Positions 1 through 9,763 of a stretch of DNA of 64,000 nucleotides are shown here, one piece after another (position 1 is the stretch's first letter; every line of letters starts with the position of its first letter). The notes under the pieces were generated by a model. The model was not told the origin of the DNA, made no database searches, and saw only the letters and a program-made list of their open reading frames with translations. Position numbers and translations under genes: made by a program. Source of the stretch: Candidatus Hodarchaeota archaeon (lineage in GTDB: Archaea; Asgardarchaeota; Heimdallarchaeia; Hodarchaeales; Hodarchaeaceae); contig JAEOTM010000066.1 of NCBI GenBank assembly GCA_016839815.1, forward strand, positions 1 to 64,000, written 5' to 3'.

Positions 1-105
1 AGCTAAACCCCCATAGATGTCACCTGTACGATACGCAATGCCTGTTCTGTTAGCAAAAGCTGTTATTTTTTCAAGAAATTGTTTCAAATCTTTATCTGCT
101 TCCAT
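1..105 (-). CDS. glyS: glycyl-tRNA synthetase, N-terminal fragment (runs off window)
   Basis: Not in ORF track. Minus strand reads MEADKDLKQFLEKITAFANRTGIAYRTGDIYGGLA, matching the GlyRS (alpha2 type) N-terminal R-x-G...IYGGLA motif; GGTGA SD upstream. Confidence 0.8.
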   Translation of the reverse strand, partial: MEADKDLKQFLEKITAFANRTGIAYRTGDIYGGLA

Positions 106-331
106 TTTCTTCACCGAATTCCATCCAGTAATGGTGACTTATGCAAAGGGAATTTACTGGGGAATTTTTCCTTAAATTACCGTATGATAAGTAGATAATC
201 TCATTCAGGTGAAATAAACTGAATAAACTACTTAAGAAGCAATTTCCTTTAGTAAATTAAAAAGGTCTTCTGCCTGATTAAGAATTCTAAGCTTGTTGAA
301 AAGGAATCCAAAAGTTACCTTGAAACACATT

Positions 332-1111
332 TTAGTTGGCTTTTTCCCAGTAAGGAATTTTACCTGCTGAAAACTCTCGCATAATAACCTTAGCTGCCTC
401 GACTAGATTCAACTTCCCCCCTTTCAGAATTAAACCTCGTTTTTGGGCAACACGACTAATTATTTCTTGATTACTCAATTCTTCTGGTGTAAGACCATAT
501 TTATCAATGAAACCTTGAATGTAATTCGCTTTTATCCGATCAAGGAAGAAATGGACAGTATCGATTGGATCTGGTAATTTTCCGATTTCATATGCCCCTA
601 AGAAAGCCTGTAAATTGATATTTGGATGATCAAAAGGGACTATACCTGGTGAATCATAAATCAAAATTCTATTAGATATTCTTACAATTTGCTTATGGCG
701 TGTAACGCCTGGTTTTTGACCTGTTGGAGCAACATGTTTCCCCCTCAGAATGTTTAATAAGCTACTCTTACCAGTATTTGGAATTCCTACTAAAGAAATT
801 ACCGTTTCTCTTTTAGGGGATAGCCGTGAAATCTGTTGTCTTAATTTTTTAGTTCCCAATCTATTTTGAGCGGATATGTACACAGCAGGAAAGTCTCTAC
901 TCAAAGCTAGTTTGTTATGTTCGCATATATCTCTCGGAACAAGGTCACATTTGTTGAGTACAATAATCAAGGGGATTCCTAATTTCGATATATGTTTTTC
1001 AATTGAAGAAACTCTAGTAAGATGGGGGAATCTCCCATCTACCACTTCCAAAATGACATCACTCGTCTTAATAAGCTCAAATACCCAACGATTTTCTTTT
1101 CTACGTCTCAT
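332..1111 (-). CDS. circularly permuted GTPase, RbgA/YlqF/Nug family (ribosome biogenesis)
   Basis: G4 NKCD precedes G1 GIPNTGKSS, G2 PGVT, G3 DSPG. Confidence 0.92.
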   Translation of the reverse strand: MRRRKENRWVFELIKTSDVILEVVDGRFPHLTRVSSIEKHISKLGIPLIIVLNKCDLVPRDICEHNKLALSRDFPAVYISAQNRLGTKKLRQQISRLSPKRETVISLVGIPNTGKSSLLNILRGKHVAPTGQKPGVTRHKQIVRISNRILIYDSPGIVPFDHPNINLQAFLGAYEIGKLPDPIDTVHFFLDRIKANYIQGFIDKYGLTPEELSNQEIISRVAQKRGLILKGGKLNLVEAAKVIMREFSAGKIPYWEKAN

Positions 1112-1429
1112 GAGTTAAAGACTCATTTCTATTACTGCTTTAGGATAAGTAAAGAAGAAAATGATTCTCCTTTTTATGTACACTTCAAATCCTAGGAACT
1201 TCTTTGTCCTAAAACCAGCTATACACTTCTATAAAAAGAAAAATATTAAACACCTGCATCTCATTCTACAAAAAAACTCATTATCTTTGACAATTCTAAA
1301 TTCTAAGCCCGGTATCATTATCATTCTAAGAAAGATAAAATAATTCATATAATAACAGAGAAAAACTCTTCTCAAAAGTATATTTCATAGAAGGAATTAG
1401 TATAAAACATTACTAGAATCATCTTTTAT

Positions 1430-1921
1430 ATGAAAGATCCTTTTTCAGTAACTAAGTCCTTATACATAAGCTTTAATCGGCATATTTCAAGGAAAGTATT
1501 GATCTTGACATCCGAAAAAGAATATCTTGCTAGTTTAAAACGTGCACGAGAAAATCTCCCTGCTCACGTCTTTGAGAAGTCTCGATTTGAAATTCCACAA
1601 GGTGATATTTTTCAAGAAGGAAATAGAACCTGGATCACTGATTGGAATCGGATTCTCAAAATTCTAAATAGGGAAAATGATGCGGACCACCTCTCGAAAC
1701 ATTTAGCAGGTGAATTTGCGACCTCAGCAACAGAAGAAAGAGGACGTCTTTACCTTCAAGGCAAATTTTCCAGGACTATGGTAAACCGGGAACTCACTGC
1801 TTATGTGAAAGAATTTGTATTATGCGAGGAATGTGGGAAACCCGATACAAAACTCGTGAGAGAAGGAAGAATTCTAATAAAAGTTTGTGAAGCTTGTGGT
1901 GCCCGTGGAGCAGTCAAGTAA
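1430..1921 (+). CDS. eif2b: translation initiation factor aIF-2 beta; true start probably TTG at 1499 or 1505
   Basis: RFEIP motif and C-terminal zinc ribbon CEECGKPDT...CEACGA. Confidence 0.93.
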   Translation: MKDPFSVTKSLYISFNRHISRKVLILTSEKEYLASLKRARENLPAHVFEKSRFEIPQGDIFQEGNRTWITDWNRILKILNRENDADHLSKHLAGEFATSATEERGRLYLQGKFSRTMVNRELTAYVKEFVLCEECGKPDTKLVREGRILIKVCEACGARGAVK

Positions 1922-2249
1922 GCACAATTCTGAACGTGTTCTTTTTAAGATTCATCGCAAGGATGCAACAGAAATCCTTGCTATATGTGACGAAATCCTT
2001 TTAGGAAAAGAATTATCTAATAAGACCATAAAGATGAAGGTTCCATCTAGCTTCTATAAAGGAACATATATTTCTAAATCAGACGCTTTAGATTTAATGC
2101 GGAGGTATACGAATATTAATGCTTTAGGATCCGTTCTTGATTTAGGGATAGAAAAGAGGATTATCAATAAAGATGCAGTAATTTGGTTTAATACAGATGA
2201 CGGACGAGAGATTCCACACCTCCTTATTTTCTCAATCCCTCCGATTTGA
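1887..2249 (+). CDS. DUF424 family protein
   Basis: ILAICDEILLGK...FYKG motif; usual neighbour of aIF-2beta and NMD3. Confidence 0.8.
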   Translation: MKLVVPVEQSSKHNSERVLFKIHRKDATEILAICDEILLGKELSNKTIKMKVPSSFYKGTYISKSDALDLMRRYTNINALGSVLDLGIEKRIINKDAVIWFNTDDGREIPHLLIFSIPPI

Positions 2250-3352
2250 ATTTTTCAGTGATGTTTATGTCTCCACCGTGTATTGCTTGTGGGGTAGAGG
2301 AAGAATTCTTTCAACATTTGTGTCAAACCTGTTATCTTGAGTCTAATCCAATTTTGAAAGAAAATAAAGATTTAAATATTGTTACTTGCATATCATGTGG
2401 CCTACTTGCATTTAAAGGCCACTGGTCAAAATTTTATATCAATGATTTGGCTTCTGTAAAGATTCATTCAAGATTAAAGACCTTTATTGGTCAGGAGTGG
2501 AAATTCTATTATCGTCCTACAAAAATTGAACTAAAAAACCTCCAGCAGAATTTTAACACAGAGGATGAATTAGAATCGATTCAGGGTATAGTAGTCATTT
2601 CAGCAAGTCCTGATCCTTTTGTTCCCCTGATAAATATTGAACAGGAATTTATAATTAAAAATAATTGGGGAGATTGTTCTGATTGTCAAACTCGTTCAAG
2701 TGGTTTATATACATCTAAAATACAGATAAGATCTCAAAAAGAAATTTCATCAGAGGAGCTAGATAAATGGGGTACCGAGATAGAAAATACTAGTAAAGAT
2801 TTCCCCCTCTCTGATGGAAAGAACCCACTTTTTAGATTAATACAAATAAAAAACGGCCTTGATGCTCTTTTTAGATCAAAATCAGCAGCCCATTCTGTAG
2901 GACGGATCTTTGCTAGGGATAGAGGAGGATTAATTCATATCACTACTGAATTTGCTGGATTCGATAAATCCAAATCAAAAGAATATCCTAGGAAACAAGT
3001 TGTACTAATTATGTTACCTAAATATGAGAAAGGTGATTATTTTTTAATAAATAAACAACTGTTCAAAGTAGAAGGCTATTCCAATTTTAAAATAACCTGT
3101 TCAGACGTGATAAATAAAAGTTTACGAAGGATTTCTGTAAAATCGTTCGAAGAACTCGATCCAAAACGATTCGATGCGAATTTTGAGGAATACCAGATCA
3201 TTCACTTTGAAACAGCAGAGAGTTTAGCTGAAATTATGAATTTGTCAGATTTTACTAATCATTTTGTTGATTCGACAGAGTTAACAGTCTTCTCAGAAGG
3301 AGAAACCTTTTGGGGAATAGTTTATGAAGGGAGAATAATACTAAGAGATTAA
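2246..3352 (+). CDS. nmd3: NMD3 family ribosome export/biogenesis protein
   Basis: CxxC pairs (CIAC, CQTC, CISC, CSDC) and Y..KIQIR motif; conserved context. Confidence 0.85.
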   Translation: MNFSVMFMSPPCIACGVEEEFFQHLCQTCYLESNPILKENKDLNIVTCISCGLLAFKGHWSKFYINDLASVKIHSRLKTFIGQEWKFYYRPTKIELKNLQQNFNTEDELESIQGIVVISASPDPFVPLINIEQEFIIKNNWGDCSDCQTRSSGLYTSKIQIRSQKEISSEELDKWGTEIENTSKDFPLSDGKNPLFRLIQIKNGLDALFRSKSAAHSVGRIFARDRGGLIHITTEFAGFDKSKSKEYPRKQVVLIMLPKYEKGDYFLINKQLFKVEGYSNFKITCSDVINKSLRRISVKSFEELDPKRFDANFEEYQIIHFETAESLAEIMNLSDFTNHFVDSTELTVFSEGETFWGIVYEGRIILRD

Positions 3353-3383
3353 TAAGAACCAAAATGAGGGTTGGAAATTTTCA

Positions 3384-4763
3384 TTGGAAAACGAAGTATA
3401 TCTGAACCAATATGTCAAGAACATTCAGGTTGCTTCTAAAATAATCGCATATTTTGAGAAAAACCAAGTTTCACTCCGAAATGCAATGAAGATGTACAAG
3501 AGTTTTACAAAAGATGAGAATAGACATTTATATTCTCAGGTTCACGCCTTGGTATTCGAAACAGTCCGTTATCAAAATATTGAGAAGAGGATAATCCATC
3601 ACCAAATTCAAAACTACTTTCCGAAGAAAATACCTGATGACATTCGAATAACTCTAAAGATAATCATATATCTTACAATCTTAGCACCTCCCAGTCAGCA
3701 AGATCAATACTGGAAACTTGCCTGTTCAGAAATATTAGAATCACTAAACACAAGGTTCTCAGTAACAATTTTCTCCAGTCTACTCGAGTATTTAAATCAA
3801 TGGAAGTTAGAAAATTACCTTGAGCAAATTAAGGATAGTGAAGAACGACTCGGAGTAGAATTTGCCCATCCTACTTGGCTAGTTCGAGAACTGAAAGCTT
3901 TTTATGGATTACAACTAACTAAAGACATATTAGCTGCAAACAATAAAACTTTACCAGTCTATCTCAGATTGAATCTTCTAAGATTCGAAAAAAGGTCAAT
4001 ACTATCCCAATTAAAGGAGGAAGGAGTTACTACTGAACAAGATCCAATTATGGATGATGTTATAAAAGTTGTATCTACAGATAAACCGTTACCCCGTCTT
4101 CCATCTTTTCAAGAAGATCTATATTATATGCAAACAAGAGGTTCCTCGTTAATATCTCATATCATCAATCCACAGCGTGAGGATATTATCTTAGATGCAT
4201 GTGCTGCTCCAGGAGGAAAAACAACCCATTTAGCTACATTACAAGGTGATTCAGGGTTTATAATTGCTACAGATAATCACCATAGGAGAATACAAGAACT
4301 AGCTAGAAAAATTAGAGTTTACAAACTGAATAGTATTCATCCGTTATTGTTTGACATGAGAATTAAGGATCCATTTAGAATCGCATTTGATAAAATTCTA
4401 CTGGACGCACCTTGTTCAGGCTCTGGTACATTTTCATCTCGTCCAGATTCTAAATGGAGAGTGGATCGGCATCAAGTCAAGTGGTTGCGAAACTTACAGC
4501 TAACACTTCTAAAAAACGCATCTACATTATTAAAAAAGAATTCGTCTTCATTTCTAATTTACTCTACATGTTCACTCCTTCCGATGGAAAATGAGGATGT
4601 CATTGAACAATTCCTTACAAAAGATCCCCGATTCGAGCTTAAAAAGCAGAAATTGTATATTGGTTCCCCAAGTCCCAAATTTCCTCTTGCTCAACGGTTA
4701 TTTCCACATATTAACAATACAGAAGGCTTTTCAATTTTCAAAATTGGATTCAAATCTACTTAG
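3384..4763 (+). CDS. RsmB/NOP2 family RNA m5C methyltransferase
   Basis: DACAAPGGKTT, LLDAPCSGSG, YSTCS motifs. Confidence 0.93.
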   Translation: MENEVYLNQYVKNIQVASKIIAYFEKNQVSLRNAMKMYKSFTKDENRHLYSQVHALVFETVRYQNIEKRIIHHQIQNYFPKKIPDDIRITLKIIIYLTILAPPSQQDQYWKLACSEILESLNTRFSVTIFSSLLEYLNQWKLENYLEQIKDSEERLGVEFAHPTWLVRELKAFYGLQLTKDILAANNKTLPVYLRLNLLRFEKRSILSQLKEEGVTTEQDPIMDDVIKVVSTDKPLPRLPSFQEDLYYMQTRGSSLISHIINPQREDIILDACAAPGGKTTHLATLQGDSGFIIATDNHHRRIQELARKIRVYKLNSIHPLLFDMRIKDPFRIAFDKILLDAPCSGSGTFSSRPDSKWRVDRHQVKWLRNLQLTLLKNASTLLKKNSSSFLIYSTCSLLPMENEDVIEQFLTKDPRFELKKQKLYIGSPSPKFPLAQRLFPHINNTEGFSIFKIGFKST

Positions 4764-7318
4764 CTAAAAAATTCCATTAAATTAACCTGACCTGAAGATA
4801 ATTCTTCCACTTCTATATCTAAAGCTCCAATCAATTGCTCAAAAATGGTATCGATCATCGATCTGTAGGCTTTTACATCGATTTTAGATTTATCGGACAT
4901 CAACTCCAAAGCAGTTACTCGATCAGCAGTCTTTGTTTTTACAAATCTAAGAAAGCGCCCAGATTTGATAAATTCGGCTGGTTTGGACTTATTTAGAGGT
5001 TTATTGTAATATTGTCTTTGATACATTTCTTCCAGCTGCCATGCTACTTTAACATGCTGGGCATTTACTGCATATCTATGTAAAGGCTGTGTTAACTGCA
5101 TTGTGATAGCAAGATCTTCATTTGAATACTTTTTCCTTTCTAATTTTCGATACACATTACGAATATATTCTTTGACACGATTCTTTGCATCATCAAATTC
5201 CTGTTCAGATTTAACTTCAGAAAAAATTCTTAATACGTGTTTAAAGGCCCTTTGTAGGAATTGGGGAGTATTTCTTTTCTTTCCCATGAGTCCCTTAACA
5301 TCAATTTCAGAATTAGGATACACACCAAAATAGTTCTTCTTTCTCTCTGACAAAACAACATAACGGTAGTTCTTCTCTACTTCTAACCCCACACCTAAAG
5401 AAGTCTGACTCCATTTTATTATCTCCTTTATCTGTTCTGGGTTAGGTGATAGTAAAAACACGGAGTCGGTATCTCCATAAAGCACTTGAACGTTTAAACT
5501 TTGAGCTTTGGCAATAGTTCGCTCAATAGAATCTCTTCCGTAAGCTGTAGTCGAATCTGCGACTGGTAAACAATATAAAAGAAAACGATCACTACCTAAA
5601 ACTCCATAAGAAGCATTGATTAAGACCTTAAGGCTTCGTTCTAAGATTTTATAATAATCTTGTTGATTGGACTTCTTCTTCGATTCAGGCTTCAACCATT
5701 GGACCCTAACATCTTTTATAAAGCCGATGGTATCAGCAATAATTCCACGTTGCTTTTTACATACCCAATAATTAGTTTGTGGAACAAAGTTTTCTTTACA
5801 ATCTGGATGATTACATAGAATTGTTTCGTAGCTTAAATTAAATGCACTAATAATTGAGGGGTAGAGCGATGCGAAATCTAAAACAGTCACATTAAAATGG
5901 ACTCCTGGAACAGGATCAATTACAGTTGCCCCTTTGTATTTTTTTCCTTTGATTATTGATTCAGAACTCCTAAACATGCTTTTTTCTTTTTGAATATCCT
6001 CTGCATTCGGTATTAAATAATGTCTTCGACGATGTTCAGAGTAAAACAGACTTTGTACCCAATTTGATACCGCTGTTCTTGTTAAATCATCAATAGGACT
6101 ACGAGTAATTCTAGATAGCATAAAAATTAGTCGTAGTGGAGTGTTATTATCAAATAAGACGAGATCTAGAGTAATTTTCGCATCTCTTGCACAATAATGA
6201 ATCAATTCCCATTCTGTGAGTTCCGCGATTTCTTTTTGTAATTTGATTTTTCCTATTCCTAATAAGGCCGAAGCAATTGCGTCTAATGATGTTTCCTGAT
6301 ATTTATTCCCGAAAGCATATGTACGAATGGCTACATTTTGATAAAAACGATAAAGATCAAGATGAATCCCATTTTTAAGCGTACACTCTCTATTCCGTCT
6401 GCTCCATATTATAGGGCTATATTTATTAACTTTAAGCTCCCTGGCACGCTCATGTAGGTAGGGAAAATCGAAATTATCTCCGTTAAATGTTACACACACT
6501 GGATACTTATTTAATATTTCAAAAGCTTTCTTGATTAATTCTTCTTCATCCTTGAAACGAATAATATCTATAGATTTAGAGTCATTGTTAATTTCCTGGC
6601 CTTTTTCAACCTCATCTCTTTCTAGAACCAGTGAATATGCATTATCTGCATTATCAGAAAAACAAATGCATGTAATTCTATGTTTTGGATCAGTTGCCTG
6701 TGGAATTTGATTTTCAGCATATTCTGTTTCAATATCACATGATAGAATAGGAAATCTGGGAATTTCCTGTGTGAAATCAAAAATAAAATTCTCCAAAAGC
6801 CCCTCATATTCCTTTAGCAGCGCCATAACCGTTGATGGAAGTTTCAAACTCGATTTCTGATCATCTGGAATGAAGAACGTTCCTTTTTCCTTATCCCATC
6901 TATATACTCTTCCTGGTACAAGTTGTTGATCATAGAGCCAATTACGGTGATATTTAATTCTTGATTCCCAAGTCTCACCCAAAATTTCTCTAACCTTAGG
7001 AACTTCGCTTGGAGTAGGTGTGAATATCTGAGTAAATGTAGAACTTTTATCATGCAATAGATCGCGTTTTTCAATGGCTTTAAGCCGACTAATAATATTT
7101 GAAGAGATATTTTTAGCCTTAATATCTTGAACAGATTGGTTACTCAGGCAATACGGTTCATGATTAAACGGATCTGTTATATATACAACTTTACCGTTTT
7201 CTATATCAAGAAGCTTTATACCTGCACCGTTGTTCTTTGCATCATACACAGTACTTAATAAGAGATAGTCTTTACTCTCTTCCAGATTATAATTCACTTC
7301 AGACTCGGTTTTGTTCAT
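4760..7318 (-). CDS. polB1: family B DNA polymerase (PolB1 type)
   Basis: ExoI DIETE, ExoII FNGDNFD, ExoIII YCARD; polymerase motifs DFASLYPS, KVLINASYG, YGDTDS; N-terminal HEPYC typical of PolB1. Confidence 0.93.
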   Translation of the reverse strand: MNKTESEVNYNLEESKDYLLLSTVYDAKNNGAGIKLLDIENGKVVYITDPFNHEPYCLSNQSVQDIKAKNISSNIISRLKAIEKRDLLHDKSSTFTQIFTPTPSEVPKVREILGETWESRIKYHRNWLYDQQLVPGRVYRWDKEKGTFFIPDDQKSSLKLPSTVMALLKEYEGLLENFIFDFTQEIPRFPILSCDIETEYAENQIPQATDPKHRITCICFSDNADNAYSLVLERDEVEKGQEINNDSKSIDIIRFKDEEELIKKAFEILNKYPVCVTFNGDNFDFPYLHERARELKVNKYSPIIWSRRNRECTLKNGIHLDLYRFYQNVAIRTYAFGNKYQETSLDAIASALLGIGKIKLQKEIAELTEWELIHYCARDAKITLDLVLFDNNTPLRLIFMLSRITRSPIDDLTRTAVSNWVQSLFYSEHRRRHYLIPNAEDIQKEKSMFRSSESIIKGKKYKGATVIDPVPGVHFNVTVLDFASLYPSIISAFNLSYETILCNHPDCKENFVPQTNYWVCKKQRGIIADTIGFIKDVRVQWLKPESKKKSNQQDYYKILERSLKVLINASYGVLGSDRFLLYCLPVADSTTAYGRDSIERTIAKAQSLNVQVLYGDTDSVFLLSPNPEQIKEIIKWSQTSLGVGLEVEKNYRYVVLSERKKNYFGVYPNSEIDVKGLMGKKRNTPQFLQRAFKHVLRIFSEVKSEQEFDDAKNRVKEYIRNVYRKLERKKYSNEDLAITMQLTQPLHRYAVNAQHVKVAWQLEEMYQRQYYNKPLNKSKPAEFIKSGRFLRFVKTKTADRVTALELMSDKSKIDVKAYRSMIDTIFEQLIGALDIEVEELSSGQVNLMEFFS

Positions 7319-7540
7319 CTAGAAACCTCTTAGGTTTTCTAAGACATCAATAAATGGCCAATTTTCAAATAAATTACTATGAGAATTGATATCTTTTATG
7401 TTTTTATCATAAAATCAAATTTTAAATCACAAGAATTATTATCAAAAGGAAATTTTTTAATTCCAAAAGATAGATTTCAATTTAACAAGATTATGATCAT
7501 CGAAAAGTATTGTTACGGCTCAAGAAGGAACTGATTAGAA

Positions 7541-7885
7541 TTGTCTCTTGGGGAATTAAATGCAAAAAAAATTGAAACTTTGACCAAAGTAGCCAGATTG
7601 CTAGGTGATCAAATTCAAGCTCAGAGCAGAGCCATAAATAAGCTTCAAAATGAAATAGATTGGATAAAGGAATCATTAAGAAGAATCACTCATGAAGATG
7701 TTCCAGTAAAGGATGAAACGCATCAACCAGTTCCGGAAGTAACCTCTGAAATATTTCAAGAGGGAGAAAAACCTTTAACCTCTTCAACTGAAATAGATTT
7801 AACGAAAACTGAATTAACTGTTAAAAAAGAATCTTCAGAGAAAGAAGAACTTCTACAAGCATTAAAGATAATTGATAATCTTTAA
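7541..7885 (+). CDS. hypothetical coiled-coil protein with acidic linker and C-terminal amphipathic helix
   Basis: 114-aa ORF with heptad pattern in aa 5-50 and terminal EKEELLQALKIIDNL; AGGA SD upstream. Confidence 0.7.
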   Translation: MSLGELNAKKIETLTKVARLLGDQIQAQSRAINKLQNEIDWIKESLRRITHEDVPVKDETHQPVPEVTSEIFQEGEKPLTSSTEIDLTKTELTVKKESSEKEELLQALKIIDNL

Positions 7886-7924
7886 TCTAGTTCCAGAAAC
7901 CTTTTAGCGAAATAAATTTCTCTT

Positions 7925-9595
7925 TTAACGTAAGATATATCGAACTAGCTGTTTAATATCCAATGGAACTCCTTCCTTGTTCCCTAGAATCGTATTGGTA
8001 TAGGAACCAATTAGATCTGACCATTCCCATCTATCAAGCTGATATAATTCTTCATCTGATGTTTCTATGACTTTAATTATACGTCTATCCACGTAATCAT
8101 TTAATCGTCTTTGTAAATCTAGCCTTTTTTCTGCAGGAATTCCAAGAATTTGGGTTATCTTCTCTTTTGACAATGGTTGGTTGGTTCCCAAAACAAAAAG
8201 AATCCAATTATCTGGTGATGCGAGAAAGGCTTTAACTAGGGGACGAAGATCAATCTCCATCCCAACTGAGCTACCCCCTGACTTCATTGTAAATTCTTTA
8301 GTAACTTTATAACTTAGCTCTCTACTTTCTTCTGGTTCTTTTAAATTTGCTAGTCGTTCTTTAAGTAAATTAACTTCTTCACGGAGATTAGCAATATCAG
8401 ATGTTATTACTTTACTGTCAGAGCTTTCTGCTAATATTTCAGGAGAAATAGTTCCTCCTTCTCGTAATAAGTTCTTTAATTCTTCATTTTCCCTTCTAGT
8501 ATCAAGTAATATTCTCTCAAATTCCAATAATTTTTCAGATAAATCTTCAGCTAACCGTTCATCAATTGCTCTAGACCAAGAAAGCTTTTCGTGTGAACTT
8601 TGTGTTGTACCTTCAAGCTCGGTTTCCAAGTCATCTTTAATCGCTTCTAATTCCTTTATACGCGCTTCCTGACTAACTATTTTGTCTTTCAATCTGTTTA
8701 CTATGGAAGCAGTATTCAAAATGACCTTATTATCAGCAACGTTAGGGATGCGATAAACTGGAACTACACTGCCCCGATCCCAGATTGATGCTGTTTCATA
8801 CCTAACACCCAGTTTTTCAATCAATTTAGCAATTTCACGTGTCTCATCGTTATATCGAAACATAAAGAGATTTTCCTCGTCCCCCTCAAATCTGTATAAT
8901 CGGGAAAACTTCAACCACATTGTTACAAAATCTAAAATATCTTGTTCATCCTTACATTTGGAAACAGAAAGAATTATCTGGGGAAAACTATTCTGAAATT
9001 CTCCAGTAAATGCTTTTACTATTGCGGAACAAAGATGAACTGGAATTTTTACATAGAATCCACGTTGATTCTGTGCAATTTCACCATCAGGGTAAAGATT
9101 GACATCGAACACAGAATCAAATGTTTCAATAAAACTTTCGATTTTTCCTCTTTGATCCGTTTGGTACGTTCCAGTTTGAAATACATTCTTCGATAATGTG
9201 AGTAATCCAAGTAGTTTAGCTAAAGAATTACTCTTTGTCTTTACAGGGAGCTTTATAGGGAGTTGACTTTTTTTATTTCCAATACTTGTTACTGTGAACG
9301 ATGTCATGAACAGTTCTCGCTCGTTCTCTACTAACATACGTATTGTTGATAGTGGAATCGTCATCTCGGGATTTGAACGATACCGAGACCATTGAGTTCT
9401 GCTTACAACAGGGCCTAACGCTTTTTGCATCCTACTATGTTGGAATACGAACCGACGTCCAGCTAATGAAAGATTAACTCTGGTTTCGTCTGGAAAATTC
9501 TTTAAAGATAACCAATCCTCGATTTCATGTTCCATATCAAGTCTTGATCTACGTCTAAAGACTTCCTCATGCAATTCTAATTTTTCGGACTCCAA
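7925..9595 (-). CDS. hypothetical: HTH + degenerate LAGLIDADG-like region + coiled coil + C-terminal winged helix
   Basis: 556-aa ORF with GGTGAGG SD; domain pattern recognised by eye (see findings). Confidence 0.6.
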   Translation of the reverse strand: MESEKLELHEEVFRRRSRLDMEHEIEDWLSLKNFPDETRVNLSLAGRRFVFQHSRMQKALGPVVSRTQWSRYRSNPEMTIPLSTIRMLVENERELFMTSFTVTSIGNKKSQLPIKLPVKTKSNSLAKLLGLLTLSKNVFQTGTYQTDQRGKIESFIETFDSVFDVNLYPDGEIAQNQRGFYVKIPVHLCSAIVKAFTGEFQNSFPQIILSVSKCKDEQDILDFVTMWLKFSRLYRFEGDEENLFMFRYNDETREIAKLIEKLGVRYETASIWDRGSVVPVYRIPNVADNKVILNTASIVNRLKDKIVSQEARIKELEAIKDDLETELEGTTQSSHEKLSWSRAIDERLAEDLSEKLLEFERILLDTRRENEELKNLLREGGTISPEILAESSDSKVITSDIANLREEVNLLKERLANLKEPEESRELSYKVTKEFTMKSGGSSVGMEIDLRPLVKAFLASPDNWILFVLGTNQPLSKEKITQILGIPAEKRLDLQRRLNDYVDRRIIKVIETSDEELYQLDRWEWSDLIGSYTNTILGNKEGVPLDIKQLVRYILR

Positions 9596-9763
9596 ATTAT
9601 TGCCTCACCCTGAGAATAATCATTTCTTTGCTATGTGCTCCTTATCGTTCCATGTACTTATATTAGAATATGTGTGAATGATAAATGTTTCTTTTCTGAA
9701 GTGTTTATATTAACATACTAAGACTGCTGCAGTTGTATATTTCCGATGTCTCTGCTTTAGAAA

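Noticed and set aside
1161-1343. 60-aa intergenic ORF
   Set aside because: Low-complexity AT-rich translation in a divergent promoter region; no SD or motif
4760-7318. Intein in PolB
   Set aside because: Motifs are contiguous at normal spacing and length is typical; no splice-junction residues
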